Positions 1 through 11,322 of a stretch of 64,000 bases of DNA are shown piece after piece. Every line of letters starts with the position of its first letter. Position 1 is the stretch's first letter. The notes below the pieces were generated by a model. It did no database searches and was not told where the DNA came from. It was given only the letters and a program-made list of their open reading frames with translations. The position numbers were made by a program, and so were the translations under genes. Where the stretch lies: IMG/VR virus record IMGVR_UViG_3300027801_000019, positions 3,617-67,616 of that record; one strand, 5' to 3'. Source of the DNA: a virus.

Positions 1-3000
1 AATTGATTGTGCATATCCATATTACCCTTAATCCTCTTCATTAAGTCTGGCGTTGTATTATTAACTCCGACTGTTTGATTAGAAAAATGTTGCCCACTAA
101 TTCCTTCAGAACCCCCTCCAATACCCACACCTTCAAAGTTTCTTGGTAATCCCCAGCCTGGATTTGCTTCGCCACCTTCAGTATCTCCGACTTTACCATT
201 CCCATTAGGAGGCCAAACAAGAGGTGGTGCGTAACCATCACCTCCACCGCTATTTCCTCCTCCACCGCCGACTCCACCTTGTCCGGTATCGGCTGTTCCT
301 GGAGTTCTTCCTTTACTTACCTCAGGTAATAGGTATGAAGCAAGTCCACCAAGTGACTTTGACTCATCACGCTCAAGAGTTAATACTACCTTATCAACAT
401 CTTGCGTCTTGGCTGTCCACTGCACCGCCTTTACCGAAAATGCAGTTGCGGTGCTAATACCTACACTTGCATCGGTATAAGTTATTTTGGTGGATGGGTA
501 AAAGTTAATATCATCAACCACACTAATTCTTGGAGCGTGGTAAATCGGTGCATCTTGTGCTGTTGATATTCCAGCCATAGTCCTATATCCTAATGGGAAT
601 GGGGAATAAGCTCTAACTTCACCACCACCATTGGTTGTGTTCATACCAGATATATCATGTGCATTTGCATAATACCAACCGGAACTTGGATTACCATTTC
701 TTTGTCTTAATAAAGCTCGTAAATAATCACTATTTAGTGAGACGACTATTCTTTCTGCACCGGTTTGTCCTGTCCAATAGGTTGCGGGGATTGCTATTTC
801 ATGGAAGCCGTTATGCCTAAACTTCAAAGTAGTTTTTGAGAATATATTGTCGTTAATAACTGTTCCGTCACCAGATGTAGTATATGTTGTATTCGGGTCA
901 TAGATGACTAAGTAATACTCTACATCGTCAATTGCTACAGATGAATTGTATGAATCAGCAAGTATGATACCTATTCTCAATTGTTGGTCGGTTGCAGAAT
1001 CAGATGATTTAGGCATCCCCTTTGGTATGTGAACAATTTGAACTGCCTCGCTAATTGAATTACAACCAACCCATGTGTAAGAATCTTCTGGGTCAAGGTC
1101 TCCTGTATTCGGTGAACCCATCATACCACCGCCGCCACCATTAGCATAGGTATAAGCATTACCAGCACCGGTATATGTTACATTGCCATCAAGAGCATTT
1201 GTCATGCCCGATTGTAAAGAGCCATTAAACCATGAAGACCAACCTAAAGCAGTTCCTGTTCCATATCTTATTGCTTGCACTGTTCTATATGCTGGGTCAA
1301 GGATATAACCATAACGAGCATTGTATAACATTTGATTTGTTTCGCTTAACTGTTGCACTACCTCACAAGTAATTGAAAACGAAGATTCTTTAGATTTATC
1401 ATATGTTGATTTTGCTATTGCCATAGCCTCGTTATTTGAACGAACACTTGGTAAATCAATAGTTTTCCAGCGAGTTTCCCCACCTGTAACCGCACTTGGG
1501 TAATCAACAAAGGATGCACCAGAATTGTAATATACACGCACATTTGACACCGCTGCCGTTGGACTACCTGTTATGTCGGAAAGACGCAAATTATCCCTCG
1601 TAAAGATAAATCCTGATGAATATGCTGGGCGAATGTCCAGCATCCCATCCCTACCCGTTGTATATGTGAAAATTGTTGTAGTATCATTCTCACCAAGTCT
1701 TGTTGCATTACTTGCTTCACTAATTATACCTAAAATAGTTTTTCCTCGTGCATCAAGAACATTACCGTAGTTATCCCAATCTTGTGTTGAACCGGATGAT
1801 AAGTCATATTTCTTTGTTGAGGCAGAAACGGCAAGTTGAGTATTTGTCATTCTTTCAGTTATTGGCATATTATTAAGCCCAAAGTTAATCGGCATTGTAA
1901 ATTGAGATAAATGTGTATCGGAAGATGCTAATACAGAAATGGCTCTAAGTTTATCACTAAGGCTATGTGTATTACTATTTTTTGATTCAACAAATCCTTT
2001 AACAACCATCATAAATCTTAGGGATAGTGGGGCGGCTAAACCTGAATAAAATACTATCTTATCATATCCGTCAGTAATATTCAAAATGGAGTTGTTATAG
2101 CGAATAGGTTGTGGGCTACCGAATGCAGATACACCTGCTTGTGTGTAAGTTCTCCATAGACTAACCATATCATTTCTAATTTGTTCAGTTGTATATAGTG
2201 TTTCGTCTATCTCAATAATAGATACATTGCTCAAAACATTTGTTGAAGTATTATTCCCATTCCAGAAATAAAACATTAGGTTTCTTTCTAACCCATTAGT
2301 GGCTGCCGATTCTCTTTCTAATTCAAGCATACCAAAACCTTCATTAGGGAACTCGGCGGTAGTTTCAAGTGTAACACTTGTAGCACCTGAGACAATATTG
2401 TTATATGGGGATGAGCCACTATTCGCTGCAAGATTAGAACCGGCACTAAAGTAATGATACCAATTGGGGTGGTCGTCAATAGCAGCCCCAGTTGTTTTTG
2501 GTGACGCAGTTGCCTCTTGCCAATAATCATCAATCAATGCTGGGTGACCTTCGGTATCAACAACAAGGTCTCCGAGTGATTTTCTTCCACCCGTTAATTG
2601 TCCAGACTTTCCACCGTTGACTTCGGTATTTAAATTGAAAAACTTAGAAAAATCAAATATTAAAAATGCACCGGCTTTATCTTCCCAATTCCTAAATTGG
2701 GTATGCACTGAAGAATCCGAACCTAATGAAGACCATGAATTACCAGTAAATGGTTCTGTTTCAGAATCAACTTCCCATATATCACAATCTAATCCTACGG
2801 ATAAGTCAACAAAGTTTGAAGATTGCCCATCAATATCAGTTTGGTCAGTATAATGAAGGGATACTCCATAGTTATCTGGTGTTGGGTAAGTTAAACCAAA
2901 CTTGTTTTTACGCAAACCACCGCAAGCATCTGCCTCACCGTTATTTCTCATGTCAGCCCATAAAACCCATATGTGCTTAAAGTCGTCACTTATATCCAAT

Positions 3001-6000
3001 ATATTTATAGTCGCCCCGACTAAGTGAGGCATGGTGATAAACTTACAACCATTCAATACAATTTTTCCAGGAGAACTGCCGGCTGCACCTGAAAAACAAA
3101 AAATATCTGCTTTACCGGTTGGATAAATTATTTCCGCTACACCACTTGCTTCAGCGGCTGCGATAATAACATTTTTGGCGGAGGTGCTGGCGTATGTAAT
3201 ACTTGTAATAACTGATGCAGCTGCAGGTGCAATATTATTTGTATGTATTGTTGAAGCATAAAGAGGGTCTTTTTTAATGCGACCAAACATCTTCTTAAAC
3301 CAAAGTGATTTAGGCAAGTCACGCATCCATACTGCATGAGCAACCCTGTTTTCAACCTGATTCCAAGGGGTAGTATTATTAAATACTGAAGACGCATCAG
3401 CAGTATGCAAATCAACATAACCAGTATCCCAATATGCCTTCCAATCATCACCAAGTGTTAGATAGCCGGTATGAGTGGCAGTGCTATTTACAACAGACCA
3501 AGCCATATCAGTAAAAATTGTATAAGTTGTCACACCATTATTTAGTGTTGTTCCAACACTCATTATTTTGTAAGCGTAATTGTCAATGTTTGCTGATAAA
3601 CCATTAGTTTTTGATGTTAAAAATGTTATATTGGTAAATGATAAATCATTAGATATTACAGAAAAACTTCCACTATCAAGAATTGCTGCCACATATGAAG
3701 TTCCAGCAGCATTTGCGTATCTATAAACATCTGATACGGTTGCGGTATGTGTTGGTGGAGTTTGTGTGGTGACAATCAGATTCCCTATACTATGAACTGC
3801 TTCTTGTGTGATTGCTCTATTAGTCACATCGTTGCTTGCACTACCAAAAACATTTATCGTATCATCAATTTCCAAATCGGGAGAGGTAAAGTAGTATGCC
3901 GTTTTAGCAGTGGAGATTGCATATGTTCCATCCCCATTATCGTCACTTTTAATAGGTGCTATGACTCTACACCTTTTACCAAGCCATTCATTCTCGATAT
4001 TATTTGGGCCAAGTACATCTTCATTATTATACATCTGAATTGGGTGTGCAGTATTTAGTGTGGTTCTTTGGTCTTTTTGTTCTCGATAAGTTAGTAGTGA
4101 TGTTGAGTCATACTCAAACCCAATGCTGTCATCACATACTTTAAGAACAGCCGAACCAAAAAATAATGAAGTATTTAGGTGCTCAGCATCACTTCTTCTT
4201 CCAACGGATTTATCAATATCTGATGTAAAAGTGAGTTGCCCCATATCCCAAGATGGAAGTTGTCTATCTAATAATTTTGCAGGGTCACTCATTCTTAATG
4301 TGATTACTCTTTTATCAGTTTTAACATATTGTTTTACGCTAACATCATCAAGGTTTCGAGTAATTATTGGTCGGTTATCTCCATTCCTAAAAAGTAAGAA
4401 AAGGTATTCGGCATTACTCCCACCGGTTATTAAGGGATAAATATTTAAATTATTCATATCGTCAATTAACTGAACTGTTGTAGTGGAAGTTCCATTGGCA
4501 GTCATACTCATATTAACTTCCTCTATCATAGGGTCTCCTGGATGACCCGACGGATAATCTGTATGTCCTGTTGCGATAGCGGGGTTGCCACCGCCCGCTG
4601 ATGCAGTTTTACCGATATGGTTTGTAATGTTCTTTCCAAATGATACTCGGTCAATACAAATTAATTGCTGCCATCCTTGCGTATTTCCTGACCATTCACC
4701 ATCGGCATAATCAACAGGAACACCTGATAGATTCCAACCATAAAAGTCTGATGGAGACCAATTACCACCACTCGGTTTAGTGCCAAATGAAGTAGGGTTG
4801 CCAGAAACAACACCATTTATAAAGAGTTGGTATGATTGATTAGTAAAATCACATTCAATATCAACATCAGCCCAAAGAGCTGCACCATATTCTTCAAAGT
4901 TTTCACTCGCTTGGTCATTTCCTGGAACTGGTGCAACCATAACATATTCTGCCGGAACAGCATTTATTTTAAAGTGAGCACCACTCATAGGTTGAATTAA
5001 GTCAGAATATTGTTTTTGAATTGTTATTGCTGGTGTGCTTACTGCACCACTTGAGGTTATCTTTACACCGGTTACTCCAAATGTTGATACTGAATTATCA
5101 AAACCAACTTGTAATTTAAATTGAGGTTCTTTTGCATCATGAGTATCTGGAGCTCCACCATAACTTGCTCCACCGCCAACGAATGCTTGTCTTGCTACAC
5201 GAATATGAAATCGGTCTTTATCCCCGAGTGCATTTAGCGTTCCCTCATATTGCATTAGTAATTGTGCGCCAAGTGACGAAAATGTATTTGACCCATTCCT
5301 CCACCACTTTGTATCGAGAACCATAAATGGCTTCCCACCAAGTGATTGAATGGTTGTGCCAATACCAAGACGCTTAGTTAAATGGCTCACATTATCATTC
5401 ATTGATTGCCATTGTAAAAGTCCGGTCATATAGGAATGTCTTCTTATTCCTGTTTGTGCTAATGAAAGGTGGGATAGTGCATCCCAATGCTTATTAGCCC
5501 CACTATCTTGTGTTGCCGTATAGTCTTTCATATCCTTTCTTCCTTCCGAACCGTCATCATCACAAATATACCAATACTTTGCTCCGGTTCTGCGTGGGTT
5601 ATTTGTCCACATATAACCATCTGTTGTTACACCAGCACCGGTAACTCCTGTATTGGAACGGTTTTGGTGATAAAATGATTGTGGGTTGCGTGATGTGGCT
5701 TTTCCTTCCCACCCCTGACCCTTATTTAATCTGGTAATATCAAGTGTAATATATTCATGTAAGCCAGCATTTGATAGTAAGCCTGTATTAGAACGGATTC
5801 CAGACCAAGTTGTAACGGGGAATGCTGCGGATAATGCAGATGAACCGGCATTTAAAAGTTTATCAGATTGTCTTTCAATTACCGAGTATCGGTAGTGGGG
5901 ATTTAAAGGGGCTTCGCCGTTACAAGTGTTACCATGATGAGTAAGTGTATGGTCTGAATATTCATCATCTGGGTTATTTTTGTCGTCAACAATACATTTT

Positions 6001-6068
6001 GTTCCGATGAAATCATCGTAATATCCTGCTAACCATGCTACATACTTATCGTCTAATAATCTTGTCAC
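1..6068 (-). CDS. Giant (>2020 aa) tail tip/baseplate/adhesin-like virion protein, truncated at window edge
   Basis: Absent from the ORF track, consistent with having no stop in the window. GTG at 6066-6068 follows a GAGGTGA RBS right after the tape-measure stop; begins MTRLLDDKYVAWLAGYYDDF and is open in the same frame at the left edge (..PDLMKRIKGNMDMHNQ). Ser/Thr/Gly/Asn-rich. Confidence 0.8.
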   Translation of the reverse strand, partial: MTRLLDDKYVAWLAGYYDDFIGTKCIVDDKNNPDDEYSDHTLTHHGNTCNGEAPLNPHYRYSVIERQSDKLLNAGSSALSAAFPVTTWSGIRSNTGLLSNAGLHEYITLDITRLNKGQGWEGKATSRNPQSFYHQNRSNTGVTGAGVTTDGYMWTNNPRRTGAKYWYICDDDGSEGRKDMKDYTATQDSGANKHWDALSHLSLAQTGIRRHSYMTGLLQWQSMNDNVSHLTKRLGIGTTIQSLGGKPFMVLDTKWWRNGSNTFSSLGAQLLMQYEGTLNALGDKDRFHIRVARQAFVGGGASYGGAPDTHDAKEPQFKLQVGFDNSVSTFGVTGVKITSSGAVSTPAITIQKQYSDLIQPMSGAHFKINAVPAEYVMVAPVPGNDQASENFEEYGAALWADVDIECDFTNQSYQLFINGVVSGNPTSFGTKPSGGNWSPSDFYGWNLSGVPVDYADGEWSGNTQGWQQLICIDRVSFGKNITNHIGKTASAGGGNPAIATGHTDYPSGHPGDPMIEEVNMSMTANGTSTTTVQLIDDMNNLNIYPLITGGSNAEYLFLLFRNGDNRPIITRNLDDVSVKQYVKTDKRVITLRMSDPAKLLDRQLPSWDMGQLTFTSDIDKSVGRRSDAEHLNTSLFFGSAVLKVCDDSIGFEYDSTSLLTYREQKDQRTTLNTAHPIQMYNNEDVLGPNNIENEWLGKRCRVIAPIKSDDNGDGTYAISTAKTAYYFTSPDLEIDDTINVFGSASNDVTNRAITQEAVHSIGNLIVTTQTPPTHTATVSDVYRYANAAGTSYVAAILDSGSFSVISNDLSFTNITFLTSKTNGLSANIDNYAYKIMSVGTTLNNGVTTYTIFTDMAWSVVNSTATHTGYLTLGDDWKAYWDTGYVDLHTADASSVFNNTTPWNQVENRVAHAVWMRDLPKSLWFKKMFGRIKKDPLYASTIHTNNIAPAAASVITSITYASTSAKNVIIAAAEASGVAEIIYPTGKADIFCFSGAAGSSPGKIVLNGCKFITMPHLVGATINILDISDDFKHIWVLWADMRNNGEADACGGLRKNKFGLTYPTPDNYGVSLHYTDQTDIDGQSSNFVDLSVGLDCDIWEVDSETEPFTGNSWSSLGSDSSVHTQFRNWEDKAGAFLIFDFSKFFNLNTEVNGGKSGQLTGGRKSLGDLVVDTEGHPALIDDYWQEATASPKTTGAAIDDHPNWYHYFSAGSNLAANSGSSPYNNIVSGATSVTLETTAEFPNEGFGMLELERESAATNGLERNLMFYFWNGNNTSTNVLSNVSIIEIDETLYTTEQIRNDMVSLWRTYTQAGVSAFGSPQPIRYNNSILNITDGYDKIVFYSGLAAPLSLRFMMVVKGFVESKNSNTHSLSDKLRAISVLASSDTHLSQFTMPINFGLNNMPITERMTNTQLAVSASTKKYDLSSGSTQDWDNYGNVLDARGKTILGIISEASNATRLGENDTTTIFTYTTGRDGMLDIRPAYSSGFIFTRDNLRLSDITGSPTAAVSNVRVYYNSGASFVDYPSAVTGGETRWKTIDLPSVRSNNEAMAIAKSTYDKSKESSFSITCEVVQQLSETNQMLYNARYGYILDPAYRTVQAIRYGTGTALGWSSWFNGSLQSGMTNALDGNVTYTGAGNAYTYANGGGGGMMGSPNTGDLDPEDSYTWVGCNSISEAVQIVHIPKGMPKSSDSATDQQLRIGIILADSYNSSVAIDDVEYYLVIYDPNTTYTTSGDGTVINDNIFSKTTLKFRHNGFHEIAIPATYWTGQTGAERIVVSLNSDYLRALLRQRNGNPSSGWYYANAHDISGMNTTNGGGEVRAYSPFPLGYRTMAGISTAQDAPIYHAPRISVVDDINFYPSTKITYTDASVGISTATAFSVKAVQWTAKTQDVDKVVLTLERDESKSLGGLASYLLPEVSKGRTPGTADTGQGGVGGGGGNSGGGDGYAPPLVWPPNGNGKVGDTEGGEANPGWGLPRNFEGVGIGGGSEGISGQHFSNQTVGVNNTTPDLMKRIKGNMDMHNQ

Positions 6069-6079
6069 TACTCTCACCT

Positions 6080-9000
6080 CTATGCTGCTCTCAATGGCAC
6101 ACCTTGCTCTATTAACTGTCGGGTCACATTGCTACTAATCTCACTTATTGCTTCATCCATTGTCAAGCCAAAGAAGTTATTTGTCATCAATAACTCAACA
6201 TTAGAATACAAGTTTTCAACACCTTTATTTACGACTTGCTTCATCATTTCACCGCTCATGTATTGAGAACGACCACCGAAAAATAATTCTTCTCGTGCGT
6301 TGGCGAAAGAGCGCATTTTTTCTTCGGCTTCGGTAAATCCATCACCTATACCTTCACCGGCTTCAAGTATTCTTGGATTCATATACTCAAAATCTTTTCC
6401 AGCTGCAATCGCTCCTTGACCAATGCTTATAAGATGAGTTATTGCCTCTTGAGTTAGGTCGGTAATTGCTATGCTACCATCAGCAATACCAGCAACAACA
6501 TCATCTATTCCTTCTTCCATATCACCGAAAATTGGGTCATAACTTTCTGTGACCCATAGCTCCTGCCCCTTTGAACCAATTACCTGCTTTTTTACTTGTC
6601 GCTCAAGTTCTTTTACCCACCCTTTCTTAAAGTCAACTGCTTGCATTTCTCCTAAATCACCAGCATTAATATGTTTAGCCAAGGTTTCAATTCCACCCTG
6701 AGTATACATGGATTCCTCAGATAAAGCCAGTCCAGTCATAACAATCTTATTTTGTCTTAGTGCTTCGTTATATGTCGTAAGTTCATTTATATTGTTTTGC
6801 CAATGGTGAAACATAGGGTCATCTTGAGCATATAGGTCTCGATGCGATTCGTATTCTGCTAATAGTGTATTTGAGTATGCTAAGTGGTCGTTCATTTGGG
6901 CAAGATTCATATTAGTTAAGTCAACTTCTGTTCCGAACTTATCTGCTAATGCTGCCGGAACTGCAAATACTTTTGCACTCTCTTCTGTTAATTCACCTAA
7001 TAAATCGCTTGTCATTCTTAAACTATCATTCATACCATCAACAACATCAGTCGCTTTGGTTGCATCAGCTGAAAAGTGTTCAACAGCCATAGCAATTCCC
7101 ATTACCACTAAAGTTATCGCTAATAGTGGAAGACAAGCTGTGACGAAACCTATCATAGCAATTTTTGCTCTTGAGGTTGCTGCAGCAAGACCGTCAAAAG
7201 AAAAAGCGGCTACAGTATTTGTTGTAGCCACAGTTTGCCCTGAAACTGCTGTTGTCAACATTTGTTGAGACATAGCAGCCATCTGGATAGTAGCGGGAAT
7301 CATAGATAGGGTCATAAGAATAATTTGCACCCTTGCAGACTTTTCTTCATCCATACCAAGAACACCACCGAAAACACCCATAGCGATAGATGCCATACCT
7401 GCGGCCATGCTTACTTGTCCTAACCTACCAGTCATCCTTGACATAGCAGCATCTGTGCTTTTCATACCAAAGAGATTTCTTCTCGTAGCCATAGCCTGCT
7501 CGGTTTGTTGCATTAAGGCAGAATCCCTTACCAGCTCAAGGTTATTTTCTGCAAGCGTAAGGGCGACTAAATCATTTATTTCTTGTTCGTGTAAAAGGTG
7601 CATCTCATCACGCAAAATACCTAACTGAATCATTTGATTGATTTTTTCAGTATCCATAGCATTAATTCTATCTTTGGCAGCAGCCTCACCCTCTAAAACA
7701 AGTCTTGCCTGTGCGTCTTGCTCAAGTAATCTTTGGCCTAATGTTAATTCTTTGACTTTGGTTGAAATCTCTTCTTGTTGCATACCACTTAGCAAACCTG
7801 CTGCAGCCACTTTCGCTTTGAGCCTCTCCCTCTCGACTTCTTCAACGAACTCGTTGAGTAATGCTTCTTCTCGTAATCTTACTAAAGTTTTTCGCCCTTG
7901 TCTTTCCCGATAGTTACCTACTGCCTGTTGTGCTGTGTTGTGTTGCTTCTGTTTCTGTGTGTAGGCTTCAAATGTCGCCATTTCTGCTTGTGCTAAAGCA
8001 TTAGCAATTTCAGTTCTTCTCATTAGGATGGTCAAGCCATTTAACTCCACACGATTCACTTCTTGCGCCCCTATAAGTTTCATTCTTTGCGTTCCAGTTA
8101 ATCGCTCGGCTAATGCTGCTTCCGCTCGTGATTTATTTAATTTTGAGTTAATAATGTCCTCTTCAGTTCGGTGCATATATAATAATTCAGTTCTAAGTGC
8201 TTTGTCTCTTTCTAATAGTGATAATGCCTCAATTTCATGGCCTGCTATCCTTAGTTTCATTTCCTCTTGTTGTTTGTATTTCATTGTTATTGCTTGGGTT
8301 AAGTGCATATGGTTTTCCATAATTTCGGTTCGAGCAATCTCAGTTAATATACCGAGATTTGTTATTTTAGCATACTCGCCTGCACTTTTTAATGTGACCC
8401 CACTGAATATTCCTTGCTTCCTATATTCATCGGTTCTCATAATTTCTTCGCCGTTGATAGCCCGTAAAACTGTTCTATGGGTTTCCATAGAGATATTAAC
8501 GGATTTCATCTGCATATACATTTGCATAGTGCTACCCATTATAGTCATCCACTGTTGCATCTCTAATACGAATGTTGACATACCTTTGAATACAGCACTA
8601 TCACCAAATGATGCAAGACCCTTTGTGAACTTGGTTTGAACATTGGTTGCAGCTGTCATAGATGGAAGAAGTTTTTGTCCTAAAATTGCTTGGTAGTGTC
8701 CTAACTCGGCTTGTGCCTCTTTATATGCTGTTGAGTTATCATCAAGAACACGATTCAATTCTTCAGTCGCTGAAGATTGGTCGTCAATTGCCATTTTAGC
8801 AAGTTCGGACATACGGTTATGGTTCTGAATCAATTTAACGAATCTTACATAGTGGTCGTTTCCTGCAACCGTTTGAACGATGTTCTGTTGTTGTTCTGCG
8901 CTTAATTGATGCCATACCTCACCTAAGTCTTCAACGATAGCAGAAAGTGGTCTTAATGCACCCGTAGTCACATCATGAGTTGCTATACCATATTCTGCTA

Positions 9001-9790
9001 ATAGGTCATTATTTTTCTGCATATTAGAACCGAGACGGCCATAAATCATACGCAAAGCCCTACCCGCCTTACCCTGTTCTTCTCCGGCCTCAATTAGTGT
9101 TGCAGACATAGCGGCCATATATGCTATTGATTCACCGGTTCTGTGTGCCTGTGATGCGAATTGATTCATAACGAAAGTCAATTGCTTCATGTTGGAAGCG
9201 GAATTGTTTTCAACGGTATTTAATTGGTCGAGAACTTCAATGGTATTAGCATAAACAGTATTTTGTTGATTTTGGGCATCCAAGTGTTTAAATTGTACTT
9301 CAGTTAAATCACCATACATAAACTTGGTTTGTTGTTGCAAGTTAATCATACGGGTCATGGCTTGTTCAGTTCCCATACCGGAAATCAAAGCAAATGTTTG
9401 ACCGAGCTTTGTTGCAGTCTCAACAGCCGCTTCACCAATCACCCCTGTTAATTGTGCCATCTTAGCACCAGCGGCGAGGGATTCTTCTGCGGTAAAACCA
9501 AAGGCTGCGCCTGTATCTATAATTCCTTCGGCAAGTGCCTTATTTTCTCCGGCAAACTTCTCGAACTCAATAGTGGCTGCAGAAAGAGCCATCGCTAATG
9601 GTGTAACTGATGAAGTTAATGCGGTGATTTGCTCACCTATACCGGCGATAGAGTCAAACATTTGACTCATAGAATCAAGGACAACAGCCTCAACAATAAG
9701 CATTTGCGCTTTAGAATCCGCTATCATACGGGAAGCATTGAATGTTCCGACTACATCAAAAAATACTCGAGGTGCGCCGGTCATTGCCAT
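6080..9790 (-). CDS. Tail tape measure protein
   Basis: 1236 aa, Ala/Met/Gln-rich helical; TP901-type core (MAAMSATLIEAGEEQGKAGRALRMI), hydrophobic segments; follows tail chaperones. Confidence 0.92.
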   Translation of the reverse strand: MAMTGAPRVFFDVVGTFNASRMIADSKAQMLIVEAVVLDSMSQMFDSIAGIGEQITALTSSVTPLAMALSAATIEFEKFAGENKALAEGIIDTGAAFGFTAEESLAAGAKMAQLTGVIGEAAVETATKLGQTFALISGMGTEQAMTRMINLQQQTKFMYGDLTEVQFKHLDAQNQQNTVYANTIEVLDQLNTVENNSASNMKQLTFVMNQFASQAHRTGESIAYMAAMSATLIEAGEEQGKAGRALRMIYGRLGSNMQKNNDLLAEYGIATHDVTTGALRPLSAIVEDLGEVWHQLSAEQQQNIVQTVAGNDHYVRFVKLIQNHNRMSELAKMAIDDQSSATEELNRVLDDNSTAYKEAQAELGHYQAILGQKLLPSMTAATNVQTKFTKGLASFGDSAVFKGMSTFVLEMQQWMTIMGSTMQMYMQMKSVNISMETHRTVLRAINGEEIMRTDEYRKQGIFSGVTLKSAGEYAKITNLGILTEIARTEIMENHMHLTQAITMKYKQQEEMKLRIAGHEIEALSLLERDKALRTELLYMHRTEEDIINSKLNKSRAEAALAERLTGTQRMKLIGAQEVNRVELNGLTILMRRTEIANALAQAEMATFEAYTQKQKQHNTAQQAVGNYRERQGRKTLVRLREEALLNEFVEEVERERLKAKVAAAGLLSGMQQEEISTKVKELTLGQRLLEQDAQARLVLEGEAAAKDRINAMDTEKINQMIQLGILRDEMHLLHEQEINDLVALTLAENNLELVRDSALMQQTEQAMATRRNLFGMKSTDAAMSRMTGRLGQVSMAAGMASIAMGVFGGVLGMDEEKSARVQIILMTLSMIPATIQMAAMSQQMLTTAVSGQTVATTNTVAAFSFDGLAAATSRAKIAMIGFVTACLPLLAITLVVMGIAMAVEHFSADATKATDVVDGMNDSLRMTSDLLGELTEESAKVFAVPAALADKFGTEVDLTNMNLAQMNDHLAYSNTLLAEYESHRDLYAQDDPMFHHWQNNINELTTYNEALRQNKIVMTGLALSEESMYTQGGIETLAKHINAGDLGEMQAVDFKKGWVKELERQVKKQVIGSKGQELWVTESYDPIFGDMEEGIDDVVAGIADGSIAITDLTQEAITHLISIGQGAIAAGKDFEYMNPRILEAGEGIGDGFTEAEEKMRSFANAREELFFGGRSQYMSGEMMKQVVNKGVENLYSNVELLMTNNFFGLTMDEAISEISSNVTRQLIEQGVPLRAA

Positions 9791-9807
9791 GTATCATCCC
9801 TCCTATA

Positions 9808-10436
9808 TCAACCTAACTTACCAAGCATATTTACGGCTTCGTCTTCACTAATTGCTTGTGAAGTCGCTTGTTGTCTTGCTTGCTTTCTGCGAGACATCAT
9901 ACCTTTTATTCCTCCAGGTTTGGAAGATTTTGATTTTGAGGATTGGTCGGCTATTTGAGAAGAAATCTCCATTGCTATTTCAATATCGAGATTCATTCTA
10001 TGTTGTCCTCCTTCACCATGATACTTCTCGTATAGGTCGGAGGGGAGTATTCCCTTGAATGCACTTGCGAGAAGAGGTGCTATTCTTGGGAAGACCCCAA
10101 AGGGATTGCACCTTCTGGGTCGTCGCCTCTGACAAATAGGAGTATGTTTCTCATTTCTTCTGATGTTAAACTATTAATGTCAAAATCTTCATCAACAATA
10201 CAAGGGGGAATCCATGACTTCATTTGGTCTTCCAATGAACCACCGGCTGCCTCAATGATACCCATAAAGGTTTCATTTTGTTCATCATCCCATTCGGTAG
10301 GGTCGCCAAAGTCTTTACACTTACGAACCGCTCTCGCTTGAATGCTTTCAATTTTAATCTTTTCAAGACCAGATGCTTGGCGAACCCAAACTGTTGACCC
10401 GTCGCTTAATTCAATTTCCTTTTTTAGTATTGGCAC
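9808..10436 (-). CDS. Tail assembly chaperone G (10080-10436) and -1 frameshift extension GT (to 9808)
   Basis: Located between tail tube and tape measure; slippery C CCT TTG at 10098-10104; the -1 frame is open into ORF 9808-9996. Confidence 0.85.
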
Positions 10437-10554
10437 TTTTCTTCACACTCTTCTTTACTTTACTTTTCTTTACTGGAGGGATTACATCATAATCCCCATC
10501 TATGTTGAGACGGTATATTGTTCCGTCTGCTTCAGTCCATTCTATTAATGTCAT
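10411..10554 (-). CDS. 47-aa protein with Lys-rich tail
   Basis: Hand-translated MTLIEWTEADGTIYRLNIDGDYDVIPPVKKSKVKKSVKKSANTKKGN; GAGGTGG RBS; fills operon gap. Confidence 0.65.
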   Translation of the reverse strand: MTLIEWTEADGTIYRLNIDGDYDVIPPVKKSKVKKSVKKSANTKKGN

Positions 10555-10563
10555 CTAACCACC

Positions 10564-11061
10564 TCAAAGTGTGGTGATGTATGAAACATATACTTCGGCA
10601 ACGCCACCTGTTAAAGCCGCTGTAGCAATAGTCCAAAGGACACTTACTGGTGCTGCTCCCACATAGGGGTTAGTGGCTGTTACAGTCCACTTTGCTGTTG
10701 CTTGAACGAGATTTGCATTATCAAATGCTGTTGCTCCATGAAATGCTGCAGCAACACCGGTATAACCAATTGCTACTGTTGCTGAACCATCAGATGCTAA
10801 AGGAGGAAGGGCATTAACGAATGTGCTCAAAACAACCGCTCCAGCAGGAAGGGTTTGTGCTGTGCCATCGGCTGCAGTTAAAGTTTTTGCTCCGGTTGTT
10901 AAAGAAGTTCCTGCATAGAAAAACTTCATAACTCTAACATTGCGAGAATCAAGTTTGGCTTCTGTAATTGCTGCATCTGCAATATCGGCAGTGCCTACGC
11001 CACCTGCTACAATATGTTCTGACTTTATTATTCCGTTTAGGTATCTGTTAAATGTTGGCAT
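10564..11061 (-). CDS. Putative virion structural/decoration protein
   Basis: Ala/Thr/Gly-rich beta-type sequence, VGTADIADAAITEAKL fibre-like motif, inside tail operon. Confidence 0.6.
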   Translation of the reverse strand: MPTFNRYLNGIIKSEHIVAGGVGTADIADAAITEAKLDSRNVRVMKFFYAGTSLTTGAKTLTAADGTAQTLPAGAVVLSTFVNALPPLASDGSATVAIGYTGVAAAFHGATAFDNANLVQATAKWTVTATNPYVGAAPVSVLWTIATAALTGGVAEVYVSYITTL

Positions 11062-11115
11062 TTCAATTCCCCTTATCTGTCCTTACTTACCGTTGAGTAT
11101 ATGAATGTTTGCTAA

Positions 11116-11313
11116 TCACTGGTCTTCCCATACGATATAAGCTGTGACTAAATTACTTGTTCTGTTACGGACAATTTTTATGTCAATAATTTTATCTCCG
11201 TTTGCGAATGTGGAGCCTCGCAAAGCAGTTTGGATGGTTGCATCAATCGTTCCCAAATCACCAGATAACTCAGTTATTGTGAGTTTGGACTTATCGGTTA
11301 TGGTGTGTGACAT
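11116..11313 (-). CDS. Small putative virion protein
   Basis: 65 aa, GAGGTGA RBS, in operon. Confidence 0.6.
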   Translation of the reverse strand: MSHTITDKSKLTITELSGDLGTIDATIQTALRGSTFANGDKIIDIKIVRNRTSNLVTAYIVWEDQ

Positions 11314-11322
11314 TTAATCACC

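Noticed and set aside
224-9958. Many plus-strand ORFs over the tail genes
   Set aside because: Antisense shadows of long minus-strand genes, without RBS or plausible composition
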